From assembly GCA_973851085.1 (NCBI GenBank), contig OZ316775.1:10974001-11038000 (forward strand): 64,000 nt of DNA. The letters run 5' to 3'. Of this stretch, positions 29,130 to 43,100 are shown piece after piece. The translations under genes were made by a program, and so were the position numbers. Below the pieces are notes generated by a model. The model was given only the letters and a program-made list of their open reading frames with translations. It ran no database searches and had not been told where the DNA came from. Each line of letters begins with the position of its first letter. Positions within the stretch are counted from its first letter, which is position 1. This stretch comes from Ptychomitrium polyphyllum. Taxonomy: Eukaryota.

Positions 29130-32124
29130 TCAGCGTTCCCAGCCGAAGGCGTTCAGGTCGAGGTCGCCACTGCTGCGCGGCGGTGACGGCACGCAGTTGC
29201 CTTGGTGAAGGTGGTGGCGATGGTTGAGGTCAAGTGGCGCGCCCTCCAGCTTCACTGCCGTGGGGCTCATGCGGTTCTGGGGTGCTGCCATGGTGCCATT
29301 GCTATGTTGAGACGCGTGGTGGCCGTTGCCGTTGCTGGTGTTGATGTTCTTGTTCTGGTTGTCGTTAAAGATGGAGGGGATGGCACCGCGACGCGGAGTG
29401 GGTCGCTCCAGGGCGACGGGTGGCGTGCCGGCGTCTGTCACGCCGTTCGCATGAGGTGAACCATGTGGTGAGGACTGCATTTGGTTGCTGTTGTTGTTGC
29501 CACCTTCTGTACGGAAACCCCACAAAGGCAAATCATCACCCACACATCTACAGTTTGACTTGAAAATTCCATGTGGAATCAGCTCCGATGAGAATGCTAA
29601 CAAAATGGCTGAATGCAGGAATACGCCATACAACACAATTCTGAAATCTCTGAAGCCTCGTGAATTAATACGCTTGGTGATCCGACCCATCGGCACTGGG
29701 TTTGGGAATTAGGTCATGTATGATGCAGATGGCTTTGGGGTTCAGGGCTTATAATCCTGAATCTATAACAACGCAGCTCTGGAGCTTCCGAAGCCCTTTC
29801 GGGAACTAATCGTGATGAACCCACAAGTTGCGTTCTTCACACGTTGGTGATTAAAATCATGCATGATGATGATGATGAGTTTTAAGGTTTGGGGATGGTG
29901 GTGTTGGGTACCTGGAGCGGTTTGTTGATCGCCTCCGCCAGAATGATCGCTGTCCTCCTGAATGGCGGTGAGGTTGGTGAGGTGGGATTTCTGGGACGAG
30001 GTGTCTGACATGCGGCCCGATTGTTGGCGCGGCAGCGATCCCGGTGAGGCGACCATGTTCTGCACCTGATTTTTGATGACGCCTTGCATCGCAGTGGTGT
30101 GGGATGCATGGTTGTTCGATAGCTCAGGAGGGTTCAACCCAGCCAGATGTTGGGGTAGAGAAGCAGCAAACGTGCAGGGGTCGCTGATCACCTTGGATGC
30201 CAGCTCCGTCAGCTCGGCATGGGCGGCTTTCAGGTCTGGTGATGCCCCTGTGTGGCCAGCCAGCGTTTCCTTGGCCTTCTCCAAAATGGTCTGCAGGTAC
30301 TTCCCTTGCGCCTCTATTCGCAGCTGAAGGTTCCTTTGTACCTGGCACATCACAGCTCCCGGCGATGATAAGAACGAGCCTGGCGCGTCCACATTGTCAT
30401 CATCACCTCGATTTGAAATTCGAGTTAGAATTTAGGTTTAGAAAGCCATGAACATTACCTCGAGTTGCTCCTGGAGTCGATTTTGGACTTCCATTTGCAA
30501 ACGAATAGCTTCAGTGATCTGTATGTTTCTGCACACATCACGTTTTATTTGTCAGATAACAAGTTCAGTACTACGTCTCTGTACAATTCTAATGAAATTC
30601 TAGTGGCAAGTTTAAGTGGGAAAGAAATGGCGTACTCTTGAGGATTCTGTGATGTTGGAGTAAGGGGACCATCAGATGCGCCATTGCTTGTCCCCTGCAT
30701 ATCTGAAGACCCTGGACAAAACAGATAAATGTCAACCATCACTGAGTGCAACGAACACAGAAAATCTGATTCAAAGAAATTTCGGGTTTAAGGTCAGTAG
30801 CAGAAGAGAGGTATGCTCTTGGATGTACCATGACTGGCGTCTTTGTTGGCTTCATGCACACTTGAGTCTCTATGAAGCTGTTTTCCCAGTCTATATTTCT
30901 GCAAGCCCAAATTGAAGATAAGTATGGGCCCTAGTGAACATATACTCTCATAGACCACAGAAACACACGACTTTCATACCTTTCTAAACATAGGGTTCTC
31001 GATTCCCTTTGAGAAACAAAAGCATAACTCTGCTCACAGTAAAATGTGCACAAAAGTAAAGGAGTCAAGCTCACCTGAAGATGACTCTTCAAATGGTAGA
31101 GAGTAAGACCCTTCACTCCCATAACCCGCATCACAGATTTTGGTGTAGCCTCTGTCAAACATTGACAATCAATATGTTAGGACCTAAACAAACCCTATTA
31201 ACACCTAGATTTTAACTACGTCCTTTTGGTCATCACGCACGGATTCAAGAGTAGAAGGTCAAAGATTCAGGAAAAGCAGTATGACAAAGTATTGGACTTC
31301 GTGAACAAATCAGGAGATGTAAGAGCTGGCACATGCCATGCACTCTATATTTCATTCAAATTCCGTTACAATGCGTCCTTTACAAAAACTTCAATTCTCT
31401 TCATTCACTTTCGAACCTATATCTGCTGAAACCTAATGATTTGAGCACTGCACCTGTCGTCACCAACACTTAAACACCTACTTCACTTCACGACAAGTCC
31501 AAGGTAACGGTTCAGAAAACAGAAGATTCTGAAAGTGGATCCAATGTACGAGAACCTTATTCAGATTAGCATCCTCAGTCCTTACTTAATATACATTAAT
31601 TGACAAAATTCAGGCTCACTAAAATATGATTCAGCAAATGATAGATTAATGGAGGCAGCATTAGGTTTCCAGTTACACGCTCTTAGAGAATTAAAATATA
31701 TGATGAACCGAACGTGCAACATGAGGACTACACTTGCACTAGCACATAGTTTACCAGATGAACCTGGTTTTAGAAATTGAAGGTGAAGGTTTTTAGTATT
31801 TCGAAAGGGAGCAAAGAAAGAGAGTAAGCCAGGGAGATTAAGCATTTCAAAGTTGTGGTGTTGTTTTAATAAATAAAGGAAGAGCAAAGATAAGAGTGTA
31901 AGACACTCACTATCAGCGCCACCGAGCTGGGTGACAGCGTCCACGAAGCGCTCGTGTAGCTCAGGAGTCCAGCGCAGGCGGGGCTTGGGATCCGTGGGGA
32001 CTACTTCACCGGAGGCTAGGGAGGCATATGGCGACTGCAATCTCTGGTCCTGAAGTGGCGACATTTGGTGTGCCTGCCTGTGAGGCACAAGCGCCAGGCT
32101 GGAATATTTCTTCATCTGGTACAT
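29130..32124 (-). CDS. MYB-CC (GARP/G2-like; PHL/MYR1/MYR2/APL-type) transcription factor, ~437 aa, 7 coding exons
   Basis: Exons 32124-31911, 31151-31075, 30898-30829, 30711-30636, 30528-30459, 30341-29912 and 29506-29130 (1314 nt in frame). MYB domain DPKPRLRWTPELHERFVDAVTQLGGAD|KATPKSVMRVMGVKGLTLYHLKSHLQ|KYRLGK. Coiled coil LQMEVQNRLQEQLE|VQRNLQLRIEAQGKYLQTILEKA. C-terminal DLDLNAFGW is EAR-like, as in MYR1/2. Start taken at MYQMKK; an in-frame ATG at 32154 overlaps a likely splice acceptor. Confidence 0.93.
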
Positions 32125-35100
32125 TGTATCGCTACTACTAGCACTTCCTATCATAGGTATAGAATTAAATTTTCTTAAAATCTTTTTCCTTCACTTGAAT
32201 GATCTGGAATTGATGTGCTCTGCTCCCAAAGTACTTCTCAGTTGTCGAGATCAAATTGGGTGGAAGTCTTGGTTGAGACGGAAACAACAATGGTTCCACT
32301 GCCCCAAGGGTTTCCTCGTGCTGATCCGGAGCTTCTGTAAATCCAAGGTGGACTTGAGTGAATTACAACATAATGGTAACCAGTAGGAGAGATAGACCAG
32401 TCGGCAGAAGTTCCAGAGTCAGGTCTCGAGAGCAATGGCGTTTGGGTCGTCAAAGTCTAAGAGATCACCTCCCCGAAGTGCAGAAACACATAGTTCTTAC
32501 CGAACTTGAAAACAGGTTGGCTGTTGGGAGCTATTGTGATGTCCTTTGAGGAGCTCTTAGAACGTTGAAGCAGAAAGTATTGCTCGAATAATCTCTGGAA
32601 TAGGGAAGCAAAGAGCAGAATGATATAAAGACCATGACAGCGTCTGTAATGTACCATATGCCGCCACGAAGGATACCAGAGGAAATGTTCAGAATGGATT
32701 TCAAAACGCTCCTTGAGCTACCCGCCTGTCAAATGCCCTTCCAGTTTATGGCACACTTGGAGCTGCGTAATAGATTACTTGTACCACCAAAAAGGATGAA
32801 CCGATGTCGTTGAAGGATGCTTGCACACGGTCCTGCTAGGAAACCATGACGAATTGGAGGATATCTATTACTCACGACCTCCAAAAGCCGGTTGAAGAGG
32901 ATGGATGTTGAGCTCGTATTGAGTGTCAAGGGTTGCGAAGAAGCGGCAGCTCGCGAAAATAGCCTCCAAGCTTCCACATCTGAATTACGCTGAATAAGGC
33001 TATATTGTCGGTTGGGAACTTGAACCAAAACGTATGCAAGATTATACTTTTCCCTGCACAGTTTACCACCCACAATGTCCAAGATTAAGAAACCCATCCG
33101 AAGTAGAACAGTCAAATCATTTCTGGTTACAAGACACACACCTCTCTAAGTGTATATAAGAGACTGTATCCCAGTATGCAGTTCAGTGGACATGGATAAG
33201 ATAACCAAGAAAAAAGACTGTTTACACCAGAAATGTCACTTCAAACTGCCCTACCATCTCATCGAAAAAGCACAAATGATCATTATTGCAATTGTCAAAA
33301 ATTCAAGGGAAGTCATCTACTTTAGATTGTAAGACACCATCCCCATCAAGTTACTAAACCGCGAGGTTGGGTGCTGCCAGCTCCCACCTTTCTGTTGTAA
33401 TAGAACTACACCTTTTCTATCATCATCTAGTCAAAAAGATGACTAGCATCCATTCCTTGACCGAGCAACCTAGTAAATTGCTTCCAAATGAGAACCTGAA
33501 GGAAATAGATTTGAGGTGGAGCTGTAGAACTACACGTCGCGGTCACTTTTCCTAATCAACTCAAACCAATCGATGATGGATTATAGCCGGTGAGGTAAAT
33601 TGATCAATGATTACAGGTAACAATTAGAACCACATGAATTGCTCACTCGAACCAACTTTTCCACCACCATTGCAGACCAAGGCAAGATCACCTCCAAACG
33701 ACACTCAATTATTAACTCCAAAATAAGCCATTTTCACGTCCTCCATAATAATAAAAATGTATATTAAATATCTTCCACGCTCTGAAAGGAGTATCCAACC
33801 TTACACGATTTCAGTATTTCTGTCGGAATGCCGAAAGCCTGTACTAAGTGGGCTCGGGTACTGACCGCCCTCACTTACCCACGGCTAACCAAATCTCCAA
33901 TGCACTCAAGACTGTGAGCACTGTATCATACAACACTTCAAACAAAAGTTGCAAAAGGGGTGAAACCAAAGCAAAGCTTCACGCTTCTCAAAATATCCTC
34001 CAAGCTCCACTTACCGACACGCTATGTCTTTCGACACACCTAAGGATTACAACATTGAAACAAGCGCAAGCACGACTAGAATCCACCAAAACCAGAACCA
34101 AATGCGCATCCATTACTGCAATCTGAGCTCACAGTACTAAAGTCTACCACAACGTAAACGAACATGACCTGCCCTGCTTTACCTGTGAGCCTGCCTGCTG
34201 CTGTCAAGGTAAAACTAGAGCACAACAGCAAGTCGGTGACAGCTTCCTGAAGCAAACTTATCAAATTCCCACGCAACCAGAAGCAAATCTTAAGTAGCCT
34301 TCCTCAGGCAAATTTTCGAAAGAGAGCAACGCCTACGCCGCCACCGCTCGCTACCAGTTAGCCAACCCGCATCGACACGATCCCAGTGCTTCACCTTTTC
34401 GTAAACAACTCGTGATAATGGATGGCGACGCGGCACTCCAACACGCTTCGCCTTCCAATACCAGCACCTCAAGCTGTCGAGCTTGCTAGCAACAACAAAG
34501 CCACCTGGGTTGAAACTTTCAAAAACATCCGAAGCAGACCGCCGAGTTACAGACGACTCAGCCCCGATAAATCCGCCAAACGAACTCCTGTTGATGTCCT
34601 TGAAAGTATCACCTCACCACCTGCAGGAGTATCCTCAAAGGCCACCCTCTCACTACTGGATGCCCAATTGTCACTAGTCAACACCTCATCCGCTGCCACA
34701 CCACGAAGAGTAGTAGAAAGCCAGGATAAACTCTAGCAAACAAGCTCTTCGTGACAAGTACACAGTCTGATTGTGGATGAATGCTAAGCAAGAGCAGCTT
34801 CCTGCAACGAGACTCACAGCAAGCGAGGGAGTGGGCGCCGATTTCGTCGGAAGGAGTAGGAGCAGTGGGTAGGGAATATGAAGCCGACGACGACGACGAC
34901 GAAGAGAGAAAGAGATTTGGCGACAAGACGAATCTCGGGTGGATGGCGAGGAGCTGGAATATGCCAGTTCACGGCCCTTGCCTTGTGGGCCAACACAGAG
35001 TGTCGTTTCTGCCACGCTTCTCTGCTCTGGACTCCACTGCCCCTCCTTGTTGTCCACCGGGCGGTTCCACTGCCTCAAACGTCTGGAAGGCAGGAAAACC

Positions 35101-36989
35101 AAAACAAGTGATATTTTATTTTATTTTTTTGTAAACTAAGAAAATTTGGTGAAGTAACAGTAATTTGTTTGGGAAGTGGTGCGACGCGTGGAAAGGCTTA
35201 AGCTCGATCAAAACTCGCCGACGACCACATTCCACTCTTTATTACTTCCTCCAGGATTTCTTCGACGTGTGGTTGGCCCTCCCCCAGATCTGGGTTGTGT
35301 GGAATATCATGGAACATGCGGAGCATAGAATTTGGAATCTTCCACTTTATACCGTCGTACTTTGGGGTAAGGTAGGAGCACCTCTAATAAACAGGTGCCC
35401 AATTCCGACTACCACCACATCTTCCACTGAAAATTACATGCTAGACCATAGAACCCTCAATCTTGTAGATGATGATTTCATGATCACATTGTTTTCCAAC
35501 TTCAACAGTTTACAATAACTTCATGGAAAATCCATTAAATTGTGGTATTTCAACATGATATAGAACCTGGTTGTTGTGTTGCCAGTATTACTCAAAACTG
35601 GAAAACTCTGGCAGGGCTCCCATGCGGCAAGCTGCCAAGCAATAAACCTGATGAGAACATGATTGTCTAAAAAGCAAGTTAAATTTTATTTCTTTTGTAG
35701 CATTTATATTATGCCCACTTGGAGATTGGAGACTTAGGATTTCAGTAAAAACCCGAAGCGCTTTACTCTTGAATTCATAGAGCTTTATAGGGTTTGTTTG
35801 ATCTAGCTAATTTTGAGAGAGTGTGGACTTATATAGGTGATAAGGTTTGATTCCTTTTACTTTAACTTGATTATACAAATGCTATCATGTGAAAATGTGA
35901 TGGTGGATTGATTTGTTTAACTTTGTGGGCTTTAATATTATGTAATTTATTAATTAAAATGATTTTTGAATATATGTATACATTTGTTGAATGATGTAAG
36001 AAAAATACATATTAAAAATCTGCAAGCATATGTTTTGTTAATTTTACAACATTAGGCAACTGCATTCAAAATGATTTGAAGCTTAACTTGCCCATTGACT
36101 ATGCAATGCTTCATTTGTTTTGATTTTTTACTCTCTTATCTGGGGGATACAGACGTACAGACTCGGTTGGAGCATAGTTCAATTCTTCTTAGGAGCCTTC
36201 AGGGAGTGCACTCACCAGTAAATTTAGGAGGCATATATCATAGGACCGAGTATTGAGTTTCCTGTGTCACAAGTTGGAGGGGCAGGACTTTAGTTTTGGT
36301 TCTAGTGTTTAATTTAATCTTGCACGATTCCTCGCGGTAGCTCATGCAGACTCGATTCCAATCCCATAAGAACGTCGTCTTTTAGGAATTTCTGTTTCAA
36401 CTTCATGCAAATGGAAAGTAGAGTGACATGCAACTTGTAACGACTATCCTCCAAATTACTGTCTGAGACACTTACTTTTGCTTTGCAATACTATGTGTAT
36501 CATGCAGTTTTTTTTTTTTGAATTTTCAAGAACTAGTGTTCACCTAAATTACAGATCACAGAACAGTAAGGACTCCAGGGTGCAGTACCCATGGGACTGA
36601 TTTCCTGCAAACGAATAACTTAAAGTGACTCAAGAATCACAAAAGGATTAAAAACAAATGACTCAAGAATATTTTCCTGAGCTTGCGTACTGGCCTGTAC
36701 TACTACCTACTTCCAATTAAGAATCGCAGTCTGAGGAGACCTCTCCTGGTAACCCAAATTTTGAACCAAACGGAATGATTACCACCAATGGACTCCAGAG
36801 CAACTCTGTAACTTCTAAACAAAGTAGAGTCTGCATGAAAAATCACAAAGACATAACTTCAAAACGAATAGAGTTTTGTAACAGAACAACTGACAATTAA
36901 TCTACAGAAGATGGTCTAGGTAATTGACCAACAACTTCATTTGCTCAAAAGTCCATTCCTTACATAAGCGTGTTGAGTTTGCTCATAGA

Positions 36990-39900
36990 GCAATAGGGCA
37001 AGGACAAGAGACAAGGCCACCAATGCAACACAATGCATGTTAATTACATTCGCTCTAAACTAACTGCATCCAGAAGCATCTCTTCTGAATTTACCACCAG
37101 TGAAAAGCCCATGCCAACCTTAGATCCGTATCTACACCGTGTCAGTAAGTCTTCTGCATCATGACCTTCAGGCTTCACCCATTCAAAGTTCTAAATAAAA
37201 CGTATGTGGTACAGAACCTTCATTGCCTTATTGGTACTAACCCAAGGTCTAGTCTTAAAACAGTAATATATTTAGACACTAACTCAGAAGTAGACTTGGA
37301 GGTATTAATCAGCACAACCTGGTCTCCAGAATCTAAGGAAAATATGCCGATCACAGTCACCGTAAAGTTGAAATTAGTTTGATTTGAAGGATGTTCGACG
37401 ACATGCAACGGCTTATCTTGCTTTTTCTCAGCCTCTGATATAACTTATCCTTTGTTTGTTTCCACTTGGAAGTTTGTGGAGTTAAGGAAGGCTTACCCAA
37501 AAGCTTCACTAAACCCATTACTACTATTATCTGCCAACGACCGAAGGAGGCAAATCTACAGGTTTTGCGGAGAAACTTGATTCTAGTATAGATAGACTGT
37601 TGCCTTTGAGATCGCTTCCGCGAAGCCCACTGTACGTGAATAATCTTCCATGTGGTTTGTTGAGTGGTAACTTCCAATCGGCGGTCCTGGGTTCTGTGAG
37701 GCTTCCATGTAACAGGGAACGGCTGCTTGGCTTAGCGACGGAAATAGAGAATTGGGTGGAGCCGGAACTTGGAAGGGTGGCTCGTGGGTGGGGGCACTAG
37801 GCCTTTGGGTGTGGCAGAAGTGGCCAAATTGTTTTTTGGTTTCTAATTTATTGGCGTATTCATTATTTTTATTATTTTTGGGAAAGCAACAACTTGGAGT
37901 CTGACAAACTGACAATGATGATGGCGACGAAGAATCCATCGAAGTAGCTTGGAGCCTTGGACTTGGTTGCTCCTGGACAATACTGATGAGTGGCATGCAA
38001 CATCGTCTTCATCATCATCAATATCTTGCTGCCACTTGGTACCCTCTGACGCAAAAAAACCAACGTATTCTAGCTGGTCATAAATTCTGATGATTGTGCA
38101 GAAATTACCGAAATGCGTGATTGAGATTGCGTGGTGCCACTACAGCCGAATTTTATCAAAGCGATCATTCCTATGCTCTCTAGAAGGCCTAAGAACCCTT
38201 GAAGAGAAGTTCAGCATTATGTAGGAACTAACTAACGCGAATGATACACTTCAAGGACAGACTCGAAGGCTGTGCTTTTGCATGGAACTCCCAGTTTGCA
38301 GGGGACTCCTATGAAGGTGTACATGTCACTTTTGTCTTGTCACGTCTGGTGTAAGATATGATTCACCTCAAACTGCTCCAGAGCACATGAAAACTTGCAG
38401 TTACTACTCCCTTTTCAGAGGGTGTCGTGAAGGATAACTTTTCCTCTGTACTCTCCGCAACAGTAAAAAATAATTTCAAAGAAGTCGCCCTTGCGTTACA
38501 GAGAACTTTAAAGCAGGATGGGGTTAAGGTGTTGTTAAAGCATTTTGTTGACAATGAAGCATGTGTTCCTATTCAATAGCAGGCTGGGGAGTGGGCACTG
38601 GTGGACAGGGGAGATGGATCCGCTCTGATCCAGTCGTCTCCAGCTCACACCCCAAGAAGAGTTTTTGCTTGACGTCAAAGCCATTCGGTGCCTTGAGTCT
38701 TGTGCTTGTACGAGATTGGTACCTTTGAGAAGCCTTTGTCAACTAGAGACCCCCTTGGAAGCTGATGTGTTCACATCATCCTCCTCTAATAATTGTTCTT
38801 TGTAGGAATGTTTCTCCATTATCCACATCCCCGTGTCTTTGCCTACCTTGAGATTGATCGGGTAAAAATGGGGTGCTGGTTCAAGGCTTCCTGCAAGTTG
38901 ACCTAACAGCTTGTGAAGAGGTATACTGCCAAGTTTGAACGCATCCAAGGGGTCAAGCCAAGCAGCAGTCTTGAGTTACTTGAAAGGATAATTTTCGCTG
39001 AATATTATGAATATGTACCCACTTTTTGGAAATTCAAGAAATGGGATTGGACGGCGTAGCCGCCCTAGAAAAAAGACATTGGGGCAAGAGACTTCTTTGG
39101 GAGTACATTTGAAATGATAGACTTGGTCTTGTAATCTTGTTGTCATTCCTCTTGTGGGAAAGCTATGGTCAGGAGAATCCTGGATTTGAGCTGGGTGCTC
39201 TGCACTTGGAAAGCATTCCAGTGACCACCATGGCCAGAGACTGAAACAAAATATTCAAATTTGAGAAAAATTAAATTCTAATGTACTGGTGCCGTGACAC
39301 TGCTCACTGTGCATGTGAATTCCATTCTGACCACCTTTTGCATCAATTCCCACTGATTCTCGGTATTTCGGTGATTCGGCTTGATACCAGCCCATCTCGC
39401 ATCATCATTCGGTGACAGCCCTGTGACGGCAATTTCGGTCATTAGCTCTGTAAGTTGGGTTTTCTTTTCCCCTCGCCTTTTACTTCTTTTGGAAAACAAA
39501 TCCATCACGGCTTAAAGGAAACACATTACAATCATCGAAAACCGAGCCACCGAGATGACAGGCACATTTTAAAGTTCCACTGCACTGTGCCCGGCACAAT
39601 CAGTAGGTGAAAAGTTAAGCAACAAACAGGTTTAAAATACCACGCTGATGTCAACAGTAATTCCAGAAAACACTGGACTTCGGTTAGGAGTTCGAGTCAC
39701 TCAGAAGTGGTTGTTAGATGAGTGCAAGTCCAAAAAATCTAGGCGAAATATGATTGGCTACATGACTCCTGTTAGTGACACAGTACATGAACGTGTTCAG
39801 TTTGCAGATGGCTTACTGAATACACAGGTTGGTTGTCCTCGTTCTTGTTGCAGCGTTGAGCTCAGGCTGGAAGAGAATGTTCCTTTGCCTCGCTGGAACC

Positions 39901-40170
39901 GCACTACAAAGTGAAAGTAAAATCATCAGAAAGAGAATGGACGAGCCTAGAGGACACCACCAGCAACGTCCCTAGAAACAGAACAATGAACGCATGGGTA
40001 TAATCTGCATGCAGATATGATTATTGATGGTGGTTGGGGGGGCTTGAGAGAGTTACCTTTTCTTTAGTTCCTCACATATTCCTCTCCAAAGGTTTTTCTT
40101 TTGCTCCGTTCTACCTTCGAAAAGTCGCATATTCCGCATCATTCTGTTCAACGGCGCTGGGTGCAGGTAA
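36990..40170 (-). pseudogene. Possible decayed multi-exon protein-coding gene (unidentified)
   Basis: Genic GC content, apparent splice sites (acceptors near 39904 and 39241, donor near 40055) and several short coding-like minus-strand frames interrupted by stops. No recognisable domain. Confidence 0.25.
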
Positions 40171-43100
40171 CAGTCACACCAAGTTGGAAGTTGACATGCT
40201 CTTCCATAGATATCATTGTGAAAAACATTCAGATGACTCAGCTTTGCAAATGATGTTCTCGTTTGGTTTATTTAGAAAACGGAAAAATATGATATTAAAA
40301 TCCGAAAAACCATTACTGTAGAAAACGAAACTCTCCAGAAGCTTTTGAGCATTTTGTTTTTGATTTATATACTATGGGCCACTTTACACCTTCTCTTGTG
40401 CAAGATGGAAGGTTCGAAAGAATTAGCCCAAGATATAGATGCTGTAGGTAAAGGACGGGCCATAGGAAAAGATGGAAAGACATTCCTTAAAAGATGAAAA
40501 TTCTTCTCATATGGAATGGTTCTTTAGGTGTAATTTTGAAAGCAGTTCTAAATGAGAGAAGATTTTCTTGTAATAATTGTTGCTATGTAAGGAGCCGACT
40601 CATGATTTCATTCACCTTTGATTTGCTTTGCAATTGGATGATACAACAAAGTGTAAAGCCATATGGAAAAACTTGAGAATTTTAACCAATCAAATTGTTG
40701 GAATCTTCTACTTATGACAATAATTTGTTCTCTTGTGGATGACACTAGTAGATGTAAATGGAGCCCAAATAAGAAAAGCACACTAATTATACATAGTATA
40801 TAGATTGGCTATGCATAATGATACTAGATTGCTTGTCAAATTAGTTTATTCTATTACAATTTTTATTTTTCCTGTTGTTTTAATTTATGTTCAAATTAGG
40901 TATATTAATTGCTAAATAATAAGAAATTTTACAAATCATTTAAAAGGAGAATTTTGATCTCTTATGAACATTTTTTTATTTTTCCATTGTTGGATGTCAT
41001 TTTTACTATCTTCTATCCATAATTTGGAAAATAAATCTTTTTAAAGATTATACCAAAATGAAAACAATGATGCTATAGATATTTTGCTCATATATATAAA
41101 TCATTTGAAATGCAATTCTATTATTGATATTAGAATTTAAATCACAAGATATTGATGATTGAATATCTTTAAAAATAACAAGAAAATGTTCATTTGATAT
41201 GTTTTGGAAGAAACTGATTTTATGGATTTCTGAACAATTAAAGTTTTATTGATTTTCAAAATTAAAACTTTATTATATATAACTCTTATTCAATATTGAA
41301 CATTTTCAAAATCTAAAATTCATCATTACAAAATCTGATAGATTTTGATAAGAACATCTTGACAAATTATTTCTAATTTTTCAACTTTTTAAAATGAATC
41401 CAAATGTTCAAAAAGGCTTATTTTAGATCTATCTATTATTAAAGATGAAGGATTAAAATGAAGATTCAATGATTTTTTTAAACAAGTAGTTTTTTCATTA
41501 AGGATTTTTATTATAATGGAGGAACACACAAATAGGTTTATTATATATAATAGATACATAATCTATAATGTTCTTTAAATAAATGATAATGTAGCATGGT
41601 GAGGATTATTAAAATAATAGTGCATTTTTTTTTCTAAATACTAATTTTTGTTTCAATATAACAAACCTTTATCACTAATAAATACACAACTATTAAATAC
41701 AATTATTTTTTTCACTTGTAACACTTTATCCTTATCATTAGTTTAAAGATTATACAATGTTTATTATACATTTGGCATAAAATTTCCAACTACAAGGTAT
41801 ATTCCAAGATTCTCAACAATAACTTATAAATAGCAAAAATTTCCTTTTTTTAACATTGGAATATCTTTTATAATACCTTCTCACCATATTTGATTGTTTT
41901 ATACTTCAAATGAATTATAGTCCTCTAAAGTCTAAATAGATTACATGTTTTTCCATCAAAATTAGGCTTAATTAACCATTATCGTATTTTTTGATTAATC
42001 TTAAACCACACCTTTCCTTAGTACCAATAATGGTCAACATGTACCAACAATGACAGCAGGTCATACTTTGCTAAATATTGTGTATATATTAGAATAAGCA
42101 GCTTTTATCATAATTGTAGTATAAGGTCATGCAGCTAAACATCTTATGTGACATTGTCATATATGGAAAGGTTTTACCTCTTGCAAAGGTAATATGCCAT
42201 CCTTGTCAACAAAATTGCACAATCTGCATATACTCTATTGCAAGTTGTGCATATGACTTCTCTTCCAAATCACATATACATAAAGCATCCTTCAAGAGTG
42301 CTATGAGTACACTTGAAGAAAATTGGAAAATATTTGAACTGTCGACGTAAATAATATGTGCAGTAGAACTTCAAACCTCAAAAGTTGTGAAAAAGGTTGT
42401 ACTCTATAAATCTTTAAAGCAGTATTCAAAATACCACACATGACCCACCTAGACTCATCACTTCACTGCCATCACTACCCTTGAAACCAGAATATCAACT
42501 CATGAGAACAAAGTATGGGTGGATTTGAATCTGGACAATGGCAATTGCCATGGTGGATCTACACTAAGGGAAGGTGTGACAGCGTTCTAGTAAAAGTCGA
42601 CCATGGATCTCCGGCGTTGACTTGCTTGCAGTGTGAGTGCATTCGGGATTTCGATCCAGGATGTGCTAATGTACCCGACACGCATCCTGAAATTCATGCT
42701 CGCTTGGGTGCTTGAGCAGGTCTATCTGGCGTACAAACTTTGGGGGTATCGTAGAGGGATCTTGGAGGCAAACAAGAGCGTTGCCTTGTCCATTACGGTG
42801 GTGCGTTAACCACGAGGAGGAACACGATGCTCTAGCATCACAGTAGAAGAATTAGAATTGGAAGCATTTTGGGTGAAGCAGCAATGCCAGACCACATGTC
42901 AGACAGAAGAAACTGGAAGGTTCAGTAGGAGTATGTACTCGCCTAGATAACAACAGTTGCGCAATGGAAGCCGATCATGATTACAGCGCAACTGGTGGAT
43001 GTGGGGCATGCAGCTGCAACACTTGAATAGTTCTTCCAAGGTGCCTGGCATCCGAGTATTCAATCCCTCAATAACAAGCGGATCATCCGCAATCAGTGAA

